From assembly GCF_006345805.1 (NCBI RefSeq), contig NC_043022.1:17918001-17982000 (forward strand): 64,000 nucleotides of DNA. The letters run 5' to 3'. Both the position numbers and the translations under genes were made by a program. Of the stretch, positions 12,305 to 23,370 are shown in pieces. Under the pieces are notes generated by a model that saw only the letters and a program-made list of their open reading frames with translations, was not told the origin of the DNA and ran no database searches. Origin of the DNA: Octopus sinensis (taxonomy: Eukaryota). Position 1 is the stretch's first letter. Each line of letters begins with the position of its first letter.

Positions 12305-12359
12305 ATGGAGTCATATCAGTGATGATTTCAGACTTAATTGATCTTCATCAGTGACCCAT
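12305..12359 (-). ncRNA. Compact canonical type I hammerhead ribozyme motif
   Basis: Stem I GGGTCA/TGACTC; CTGATGA; stem II AGAT/GTCT; GAA; stem III ATCA-TCAC-TGAT; AUA triplet. Confidence 0.72.
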
Positions 12360-12577
12360 TACTCAGTTGCCGAGGGTTAAAGAATCTAGCTCACCTTGTC
12401 AGCCTTACAGAGAACATGATAGGAAACATTGATTAAGTGAGAATTATAAATTATTAAGGTGGCAATTTGCAATTTAAAACCAAAAGGCAACAAGTATAGC
12501 CATCACTAAAGCGACACAATTTGATCTCAATTAGTTTATATATCTATCTATATATAGATAAACCAATTGAGAATGAA

Positions 12578-13306
12578 TGAGGATAGCTGTGTGAAAAAGT
12601 GCCACACCCTAGCAGTTGAGGGAACCTGTGGAAGAGGTAGACCCAAGAAGACCTGAGACGAGGTGGTGAAGCATGACCATCGAACATTGAGCCTCACCAA
12701 GGTAATGACTAGTGACCGGGACCTCTGGAAATATGCTGTGCTTGAGAAGACTTGGCAAGCGCAAGTGAGACCATGGCCTATGCCAGGGGTGTAACCAGTA
12801 ACTTATGTGTGCCTTTCCTTCACTGGACACTAAACTCTGCTTGCGAATACCTGTTGAGGCAAGTGAAATTGAAATCAAATTTGATGACTGGCATCTGTGC
12901 TAACCATATGAGTGAGATCGTTGCCAGAGCAACAAGCTGGCCTCCATGCCAGTGGCACGTTAAAAACACCATTCGAGCGTGATCGTTACCCGTGTCGCCT
13001 TACTAGCACTTGTGCTGGTGGCATGTGAAAAAACATTCAAGCAAGGTCGTTGCCAGTGCCGCTGGACTGGCTCCTGTGCAGGTGGCACATAAAAGCATCA
13101 TTTGAGCCATTGCCAGTACCGCCTGACTGGCGCTTGTGCCGGTGGCATGTAAAAGCACACACTACACTCTCGGAGTGGTTGGCATTAGGAAGGGCATCCA
13201 GCTGTAGAAACTCTGCCAGATCAGATTAGAGTCTGGTGCAGCCATCAGTCAAATCGTCCAACCCATGCTAGCATGGAAAGCGGACATTAAACGATGATGA
13301 TGATGA
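12578..13306 (+). mobile_element. RTE 3' fragment (ORF C-terminus, 3'UTR and GAT tail)
   Basis: EDSCVKKCHTLAVEGTCGRGRPKKT*DEVVKHDHRTL...DLWKYAVLEK, then the shared 3'UTR ending GCATGGAAAGCGGACATTAAACGATGATG. Confidence 0.9.
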
Positions 13307-13320
13307 TATCTATCCATATA

Positions 13321-14171
13321 TATGAGGTCTGGTCAATAAGTATCCGGACTGTTGCCATAGTAACGAAGCTAAAGCACACAGAGGGAAGCCGCTTGGCAAA
13401 AATTGACCTTCAACTCTGCTGTACATGTGCACTAAGTGTTAACGTTCTGGCTCATTTCCACTGTTTACAGCAGTGCTTAGAAGGAAAGTGTGTAGCATGT
13501 GATTGTCACATCGACCATAACAGAGAAAGTTGTCATGGTAATACCTGCCCAGAGGCCTTCACAAAGTTGCAGAGAGTGTATGGAGAGGGGTGTATGAGCC
13601 GCACACAAGTGTCTGAGTGGTTCAGACATTTCCAAGATGGTCGAAGATATGCAGAACTGAGAAAAACATGGCAGCTGTGTGTGCAGCTGTGAGGGGAAAT
13701 TGTGAATTCACCATCCATGAGTTATCAGAGGATGTGCAGATAAGTTACGGTTCAGTTCAGTCCATTATCTCTGAAGATTTGGGTAGGAGACACATGTCTG
13801 CCAAGTTTGTGCCAAAACTGCTTTCAGTTGACCAAAAAGACACTTGGTTTTCGGTCGTACAAGATCTCCTTGATTGTGTCGAGAAGGATGAAAACTTTTT
13901 TGAAAACTTTGCACAGATATCACCAAGTTTTTAACAAAATTTGATGCAGATTCTCTGCTCAACTTCCTCTGTCGTGGTCAATGCGACAATCACACGCTAC
14001 ACACCTTCCTTCCAAGCACTGCTGTAAACAGTGGAAGTGAGCTAGAACGTTAAAACTTAGTGCGCATGCACAACAAAGCTCAAGGTCAATTTGTGCAAAG
14101 CAGCTTCAGTCTGCATGCTTTAGCTTCGTTACTATAGCAACAGTCCGGATACTTATTGATCAGATCGTGTA
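13321..14171 (+). mobile_element. Internally deleted mariner element with about 210-bp TIRs and TA target duplication
   Basis: TIRs 13323-13532 and 13960-14169, flanked by TA. The interior encodes a broken transposase N-terminus (EAFTKLQRVYGEGCMSRTQVSEWFRHFQDGR; HMSAKFVPKLL, which resembles the WVPHEL motif). No DD34D domain. Confidence 0.9.
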
Positions 14172-14419
14172 TATCAATTTTTAATCACATAATTTGCAAT
14201 CTCAATTGCTAAATCACGTGTTGCTTGATTGCAGTCATCATATTGAAATCTCCCTCAAATTCAATATGGGACAAGGTGTATTACATCAATTAATAATTTG
14301 TTTGATTGAATATCATCTGCTTTATGTCATCTATGCAAGCCATGTACACACTTGACGGTACTTGCCTGTACCACGACTTTCTCTCTCTCTCACACACACA
14401 TAGGTATGTTTGTTTGTTT

Positions 14420-14464
<45 letters not shown>

Positions 14465-14557
14465 TAGATAGATACAGACAGACAGACAGACAGATAGATA
14501 GTTGCAACTCAAGCGTAGATGCATGTCGGTCCTTATGATCATGTAGTCCCAGACACA

Positions 14558-14767
14558 TGGCTTCCTTGCTGACCAGACCTCAACCCACTGGACTATTACA
14601 TGTGGGGGGTACTTGTGAGAGAGAGGTCCATCAACACCCCCATAATACCAGACAATATCTCAAGTCCACCATAACCAGTATTATGTCCAAAACTGATTCA
14701 AGCACCTCAACTCTTCTGACCCCATATTGAAGCAGCCATTGATGCTAACGGTGGATTCATTGAATAG
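14558..14767 (+). mobile_element. Tc1/mariner-superfamily transposase C-terminal relic
   Basis: WLPC*PDLNPLDYYMWG and IEAAIDANGGFIE*, separated by disrupted sequence. Confidence 0.65.
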
Positions 14768-17700
14768 GTGTGATAAAAGGATTTTCAAGATTTTTTGCAC
14801 CAATTTGTTTTCAAATACAGCTTTTCGTTGATGAGCTATGTGTCTTTTTCTAAATTCATTCAAATGACCACAAAAAAACAGACATTCTGTACATGAACAT
14901 AGACAGACAGCAACAATATGGAAAAGACTTACCACAAACCACCATGACACACAACGAGGAAAACTTTTATGAAATCAATGAGAGTTTATACAGAGGAGGG
15001 GATTCTGTTTCCATCCAAGTCTCCTGAATTTGTTTTACTGCAAAGAAGATCATATAAGTCGTGTGTCTGGAATAACAAAAGCCACACTTTCTATATATAG
15101 GTTTGTGTGTGTGTGTGTGTGTGTGCAATGGACTGACATCCCATCCAGGAGGGGAACCTATACGCCAATGAAATTGGGAAACCGGCTCTTATGAGCCAGG
15201 CATGGCTTGAGAAGGAACAAACAACATGTGTATGTGTGTGTGCATGTGTCTGAGGGAGAGGTTGTGTGAGTATATAAATATCATCATTTAACGTCCTCCT
15301 TCCATGCTGGCATGGGTTGGACGGTTTGACAGGAGGTGGCCCGGCGGGGGCCTGCGCCATGCTTATGAGTGTGTTTTGGCATGGCTTTTACAGCTGGATG
15401 CTCTTCCAAATGCCAACCACTTTGCAGTGTGGACTGGGTGCTTTTTATGTGATACCTGCACTGGCAGGGTCATGAAGTACCTTGCAAGAGAAAGAATCTT
15501 TGAGAGGGGCTGGGGTGTTTGAGGAGGGGAACTTGTGTCAGGGAATGAAAGATTAGAGTGTGACAGACAGACAGAAACAAGTGTCTTGCTGTAGAGGAGG
15601 TTCATGGTTATCCAGCCAGAGAGAGAGAGAGGGGAGAGAGAGAGTGGTCAAGAATGAGGACAGAAAGAGGTTTGTTGCTGTAGAGGAGATGCATAATTAC
15701 TGAGCCAAAGGGGAGAGCAAGGGAGAGAAAATGTAGGGGAGAGCAAGAGCATGAAAGGGATGGTAAGTGCCAGAGTATATTTTAGGTATAATTATACTAA
15801 TGTGTCCATCTGTCCTAATTTAATTAAATTCTATGTCTTTGTGCAGCTGAAGGTTGCCCTACATATTAAATTGATGTAATGATTGCATTGCTCAATTAAA
15901 TGGAGTTGCATGAAACGATCGTACTGCATTACCTCTGGATATCTTTGTTGCTTATTTTGATTATATATATATAAATATCTCAGATGTAAATAAACTTCAC
16001 TTGTGTATAGCTTTATACACACTCACATACCCATTTATATACCCAGTCATAGATATGCACTGACTTGTAAATCAAAGACAAAACCAATTTCATGCCCCAA
16101 TTATGGGTGTTGCCAGTCTTACTTTCACATTTTATTGTATCTTATATTTTTTCGTAAATATTTTGTTGAAGAGATAAATAAGTTTTTTTAACATGGGAGT
16201 GGTCTCAGTAAAGAAGGACATATTGAATAATATGGTTCTTGTAGGGATGGTCATGGATGGAATATTTTCATCGTAGATCAGATAAATTAGGGGAAAATAA
16301 TGAACCAAGTCTATTGTAAGGTTTGAGTGATATACAGAATATATAACTGTTGAATAAAATTATATAACATTCATTGAATGATACAGGTTAATATATGTAA
16401 CGGAATTGGGGGGGGGGACTTGTTAATAGATACACACACATCTTGCACAAGCTCAAGGGCACACACGCGGCATAAATATTTTCAAGAAAAATGTCATTGT
16501 TCAGTGTTTGAGCAAAGTTCATGAATTTCAGATATGGAGACGTAGTATATGTATATACACACACACCCATATACAAACACCCACACACTTATGTATTGAG
16601 TTGTTGGACAAATAAATTTGTTTCTTCACAATGTTATTTGAATTAACCAGACGATATTTTTATTGCAGTGTTTTATAGTATTTTTTTAATCTCTATTCTT
16701 CCTCTACAACTTTTGCTTATCATTTTTGAAATTTCAATAAATTTTACCTTTTTTCAGACTAAAATCGATGGCACGCCAAACAGAAAAGGAAACTTCCCCC
16801 GCATTTTCGCCATCTGCTTCTTTCGGTTTTCATTATTAAAGTTCCAAAGCGGCCCAGGCTGTGTGTAGAGAAGCCTCTCTCACTCAATGAACTGCTCAGA
16901 AATGGTTCTCATGCTTCAAACAGGGGAAACTGACTCTCCTAGTTCAGTTCAATGAGGATTGATTGAATGAATTCCTCCATGAGGATGACCTGTGCCTGGA
17001 ATTCTCCAGGGAATCGGTCAAGCAGATGGGATGCTCCCAGGATGACGGTCACTTGCCCACCTTTACATAAGATGCAAGGGAACCACACGCTCTGAACGGA
17101 GGAGACAAAAGCAAGACTTCCTTTTGTACCCCCCAAAGAACCACTCTCAATCATTTTTTTCTTGATTAAAAATAAGAATTAAAATAAATGGGGGAAACAA
17201 ACGAATTTATCTGACAACCTCAATGTCTGTGTGTTGCGAATGGAATGAAAGATGTAATTTATAAAGTGTCGTGAAATTCAGTTGGTTAAACAGACATTTG
17301 TTGATGATGTTAGTACGAATAAAAATGAATGAAATGGTTTACCATTGTCGACAGCAATTTCTGTTGTGATTTAAGGTTCCAAATGGTAATATTCTTGTGT
17401 AAAGGCGAAGTCCTTTGAGCACGAAACTGCCTGACTGTTGATAACGCATGAGAGACGGGGAGGGGGCGGATGTATGGAAGACCATAAGGAGTGTAATGCG
17501 AGAAAGTTATGAATGTCAATTTGATCTCGGAAAAAAGTATTATCTTACTTGTTTCAGTTGTTGAACTGTGGACGTGCTGGGACAGTGTCTTTAACAGTTT
17601 TAGACGATCATATTGGCCCCAGTATGTGTTTCAAATTTTGGGGCTAAATCGGGGCGGGGGGCTTTGGTAACATGAAATAAAAACTGGATTACTTTTGTCA

Positions 17701-18699
17701 TTAATTAAACCAGGGATCAGGAGCCCCGTCTCTTTTGCTGAAGTTAACAAGTGTAAAGCTGAGTCGTAGACATGTTTAGTAACAGCAAAAGGCTTTGTGA
17801 AGAACTCGTCTGTTTCTTGGGTCCACCGGTCGAGAGGATTTGACAGGGTGAGTGAATTAGGGAGTTGACGAGAGTGTGAATGAGACGGGGGAAAGGGAAC
17901 TGTAGTGAGGAGGTGAAGACAAGGTTTATAGGGGAGTGGCAGGGGGAGGAGAGGAGAGACAAAGAGATGTCAAAGTGGCACTGGGGAGCAAGTGAAGAGA
18001 GAGGGGGAGAGAGAAGCATAGGGCATGATGAGACATAATTTGGTTCGTTTGGGGGGGGAGAGAGTGGGGAGATTAATGGAATCGGTGGTGGAGAGCGCAT
18101 AATACACAGTGCTTTCAGAACTCAGTTTTGTTGAGGAGGTCCGGTCCTCTCAAGAACCTCATATCACCAGACATCTTGGTCCTTTGTCATCTCCCCCATG
18201 GGGCTCAACATCTTGAGATCAGTCTTCAATACTTCATTTTATATATGTGTATGTATTCTTTTATTCTTTTACTTATTTCAGTCTTTAAACTGCGGCCATG
18301 CTGGGGCTACACCTTGAAGAATCAGCTTCAGGACTTATTTTTTATTCTATTGGTCTCTTTTGGTGAACATAAACACACCAACAATGGTTGTCGAGTAGAG
18401 GTGGGAGACAAACACACACACACACAGAGGCTTCTTTCAGTTTCTGTCTACCAAATTCACTTAAAAGGCTTTGGTTAGCCTGAGGCTATCGTGGAAGACA
18501 ACATTTGCCCATGGTTCCATGCAATGGGATTGAACCTGGAACTATGTGTTCGAGAAGCGTACTTATAAAAGTGTTGACAAAATTAACAATAAAACACTAA
18601 TAATTAACAAATATAAACCAGTGTAATTACAGTGTGATGTTCCGTGAATGTCACACTGTGAGTTTCATTATTTATTTTCATTTGTAGCTCTACCAACTC

Positions 18700-18945
18700 A
18701 AATAACTTCCTGTTATCATTACCAATCCTTTTCTCTGCTGTGATAGTTCCAGGAAGTCATACAAGAATATCATTGGTCTCTTCTAAAATGCCTCCACCAT
18801 TATCTTTGATGATAAAACTTCAATTGATTCTCCACTTGATAAGTTTACTCTAACCCAGATAATCTCTTCTGATAATGTCTGATAAAAGCTCATTTCGTTT
18901 TCACTTTATGTGTCTTCAATCTTTTTTATGATTGACACACATCTG
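18700..18945 (-). mobile_element. Old LINE APE-endonuclease relic
   Basis: Disrupted translation VSIIKK...EEIIWVRVNL...KRPMIFLYDFLE...GLVMITGS resembles the APE motifs ExxWV, YRPP and IIxGDFN. Confidence 0.4.
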
Positions 18946-20246
18946 TCAGTCTAGCTTTTGCTACTCAAATTTGCTGACAAGTTTAACAAGTTTGTACAAA
19001 CTTGAACAAAGTAGAAAGAAATGGAAAAGAAGTTAAATACCTCTGAGAGGTGGGTCTTTTATGGATTTGGTGAAATAAACTGAAAAGACATGATAGCAAA
19101 GGAAAGTTGAAAGGGCAAAGCTACCTGTGGCAGTGGAAAGGGAAGTGGGTGAAGGTCATCCCGATGACCTTATCTCACATTTTTTTCTGAACAATGTCAC
19201 TTCAAATTCCCACATCCGACACTTTACAAAAGCATTTTTATTAGCATTATTTCTAATCACAGCCATATCAACATTGTCTTTTGTCCTTCAGGAAATCAGT
19301 AAATAAAATAAACCAATAGACAAGTACTGGGTGGGGGGGATTGGGTTTGACGGTATGGATGAAGTCCCCTCCCCTCAAATTTGTTGGCCACTACACCACC
19401 ACCATCATCCTCATCTACAAGATGGAAAACTGGTAGAATTCTTAGCATGTCAGGCAAAATGCTTGATGGTATTTTTTCTTGCTTTGAGTTCAGATCCCAC
19501 TGAGGTCAACGTTACTGTTGATCTCCTTTGGGCTTTGATCAAATGAAGGACCAGTGAAACACTGGATTTGCTGTCATTGATTTAAGCCTTCCTCATAAAA
19601 ACTTCTGGTCTTGTATGAAAATTTAAAACAATTTTTAAGATTCCTCATCAATATTTTCAAGGTTCACTTGAAAAGGAAAATGGGGCCGAAGAGGGAGCTG
19701 GTATCTTTGAGTGCATTTCTTAAATGATGGATGGAAGTTGTAAAAATAGCAAGAGTGGACTCTCTCTCTCTCATTCAACCTTACCCTCTTCCCTCTCCTC
19801 TTCTGCTTCTCTCTTTTCTATCATTTACTCCAATCCCTTCTTTCCCTACCCCTCTCCTCCTCTTTGCACCCTGAACCCCATTTTGACCAGATGTCCTAGG
19901 GCACCGACAGAAGACCAATAGAAGTGGAGACATGACAAGCTCCTTGCCAAAAATTGCCAAAGGGAAGATCCCAGGCTTTAAATAGCAAATCCCATTTGTT
20001 TCTGCACAGGACACCAGCTTGAAGTTGCTGAGTTCACATCTACATATTATCCATCATCCTCACCACCACCACCACCACCACTGCTGTTGTCGTCGTCGTC
20101 ATCGTAGTCATTATCATCATCATCATTTGACATCTATTTTCCATGCTGCCATCAACACTAAAGGATATCAGATTCCTCAGTGTGAGTGACAAAATCTCCC
20201 AAGGCAAAAGTAATGGTAGCGGACCCATTTTCTATTTTTGCATTCA

Positions 20247-20766
20247 AGGAAGACATGAGATGAAGTGGTGAAGCATGACCTTTGAACGTTGGGCCTCACA
20301 GAGGCAATGATAGGAGACCAAGACCTTTGGAGATAAGTTGTGATTGTGATCACCCAGTAACTAAAGTGAGATCGCAGCCATGGCTGATGCCAGTGTTGTA
20401 TGTCCGGCCCATTTAAAAGTATCCTTGATACATCAGGTGATATGATATGATTGAGAAGACCTGTTGAGCCAAGTAAAACCAAAATTATAGCTGTGACCAG
20501 TGGCCCCTGACTGGCTCTCATTCCAGTGGCATGTAAAATGCATCATCCGAATGTGGTTGATGCCAGGTCTGCCTGACTGGCTCCTGTGCCAGTGACACGT
20601 AAAAAGCACCCACTACACTCTCGGAGTGGTTGGCATTAGGAAGGGCGTCCAGCTGTAGAAACCTTACCAAATCAAATTGGAGTCTGATGCAGCTGCTGGC
20701 TCTCCAGACCTCAGTCAAACCATCCAACCCAGCATGGAAAGCGGACATTAAATGATGAGGATGATG
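20247..20766 (+). mobile_element. RTE 3' fragment
   Basis: Degraded KTW.EVVKHDL coding end plus the 3'UTR motif GGAGTGGTTGGCATTAGGAAGGGCGTCCAGCTGTAGAAAC and tail. Confidence 0.82.
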
Positions 20767-22906
20767 AATGATATGTAGATATAAACTCAGTAACTTCAAA
20801 CTTGTGTCCTGTGCAGAAACAAATGGGATTTGCTATTAAAGCCTGGGATCTTCCATTTCCGTGACATATTATTCTTAGATAAATGGATATACAGACAGTG
20901 TGTGTGTGAGAGAGAGAGAGAGGGTGAGAGAGAGAGTGAGGGTGAGACAGAGAGAGGGAATAAATCATATATTTCTTCTTTGATGAATATTATCACATAT
21001 TTTGTATTTGATAATGTAAGATTATCAATATAATTTATTTATCAATCTATCTATCACTCTCACTCTGTCTCTGTCTCTCTCTCTACACACACACATGTAT
21101 ATAGTAGAATAAAAGTAGAGACAGGCAAACAGAGTTGAATTTAGGTCAAATTGAAATTCATAAACTCCTTGAAACATCTTTTCTCCTTTCAAATTTCATA
21201 AATATAGAAATAAATAAAGGTCAGAAGTGGACTTGAGAAACCAGTTGTTTGCCTGTCTATCATTCCTTTATTCTATTACACAAGCAGCAGTTTGACTGAA
21301 ACACTGTTTATGGCCAATTCTTTGTTTACGTTGCTCTCAACGGCCGTGCATTTAAGTTGTAATTCAACTTAAGCAGAACACTCATTGGATGAACCTATTT
21401 TCCTGTCATCAGACATAATATTACCCGGATGTTATATGGATACCATCCACCCATGACAGTGGATGAATAGATTCTTAAGGTCAACTCTTAGCTACTCAGA
21501 AGCATTCTGGGTGTCATCACTAATTCTGTGATGCCCTGATCTGGTGCATATTGCTGGAAGATGACCCCTGCTTTTTCCAACAATTTTGTGATTCTGCCAA
21601 TCCATTGCACTGGGGTCTACATTGCTGCTGCTATACTACTACCACCACCACCACTACTACTACTACTAACAATAATAATGATAATCTTGGTATAAAAGAT
21701 GGACAACAGCAAATATTCTGCTCAATACCACAGATTTGCTTGACCATAACCAGTTGAAGATGTCCCTTAGTGGCTGACGATATGTGCATCTCTGATCATG
21801 AGCAGAAGTAGTAGGGGAGCATCATAGCTATTGGGTTGAAAGGAATTTTGGGGGATTTGGATAATTCACCCTTCATTCAACATCCTGAAACAACCCTTAT
21901 TCAGGGACCTTTTGAGCAGGATGGGCTACTCAACCTGAAGAAAATTCTAACTGGACCCTACCTGCAAGGTCATTTGCTGTTTATCTTGATATGAGATCAC
22001 CATGTCACACACATATGGTTGTGATCAGGCGTGTGCCTGATGTATCCTTATCAGATGGGTATACTGGGCTTTGTATATTTGTACCCCAGTATCACTTTGC
22101 TCTCTCATTCAATAATAACAATCCTTTCTACTGTAGGCTCAAGGCCTGAAGTTTGGTGGTGGTGGGCAGGGGAGTGGCTAGTTGATTCCAGTCCTCAACT
22201 GGAACTGATTTTACTGACCTTGAAAGAATGAAAGGTAAAGTTGACCTCAGTGGAATTTGAACCCAGAATGTCAAGACAGACGAAATGTTGCTAAGCATTT
22301 TGTATTGCACACTAACAATTCTACAGCTCATCATTGTCCTAATAATAATAATAATGATAATGATTTCAAATTTTGACACAAGGCCAGTCATTTTAGGGAG
22401 TGGTAAGTTGACTACATTGACCCCGGTTCTCAACTGGTGCTTATTTTATCAGCCCCCAAAAAGAGAAAAGGCAAAGCTGGCCTCGGCAGCATTTGAACTC
22501 AGAATGTGAAGCCAGAAGAAATTCCACTAAGCATTTTGTCCAGTGTGCTAATGCTTCTGCCAGCTCTCCACCTTAATATTATTATTATTATTTATAATAA
22601 TAAAATCCTTTTGCAAACAACTTGCAGATGCAAGGGACACTAGTTGAACGCTCCACATATTGGATGCTAACAAGCTTATGGGGTTATCAGAAAAGAATGC
22701 ATGCTGTTTTGGGGCTTTCCTTTTGATGGCCTTATTGCGTGCTGGCCCCTTCTCACTGAGATGAGGCCCCACTTGCTACATCAACTGCTAACTAGGTTTT
22801 GCTCAATATTCTTGTAACCATTGCTCATTGTTTCCTTTTAACTAAATCCAGTAAATAATTGTCTGTGAAAAAAGGGCAGGAGGCCAAGAATCTGGAGGTG
22901 TTAGTT

Positions 22907-23057
22907 CAGTGGTTCCCAACCTGGGGTCTGCAAAGGTAGTACTGGGAGGTCCATGAACTAAATTCAAAATTTCATATATATATATATATATAAGGATAAG
23001 TATATTAAAAGGGGTCCGTGGGAAAACTCATTTAGATAAAAGGGTTGGGAACCATTG
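22907..23057. mobile_element. hAT-type MITE
   Basis: TIRs CAGTGGTTCCCAACC / GGTTGGGAACCATTG. The flank TGTTAGTT recurs on the right after a short TG slippage. Confidence 0.7.
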
Positions 23058-23076
23058 TGTGTGTTAGTTGATAAGA

Positions 23077-23370
23077 TGACCTCCGATCGTGGTCGTTGCC
23101 AGCCTCACCTGGCCGCCGTGCCAGTGGCATGTAAAAAGCACCATCCGATCGTGGCCGTTTGCCAGCCCCATCTGGCACCTGTGCCGGTGGCACATAAAAA
23201 GCACCCATTACACTCATGGAGTGGTTGGCGTTAGGAAGGGGCATCCAGCTGTAGAAACATTGCCAGATCAGACTGGGCCTGGTGCAGCCTTCTGGCTTCC
23301 CAGACCCCAGTTGAACCGTCCAACCCATGCCAGCATGGAAAGCGGACGCTAAAAGATGATGATGATGATG
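23077..23370 (+). mobile_element. RTE 3'UTR-only truncated copy (representative of about 18 dispersed copies)
   Basis: Collinear with 37794-38050. Similar copies near 15-130, 1880-2060, 2300-2500, 15290-15480, 27820-28070, 28745-28980, 35505-35825, 41880-42290, 43290-43470, 46010-46415, 56345-56520, 56840-56955 and 62700-62893. Confidence 0.85.
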
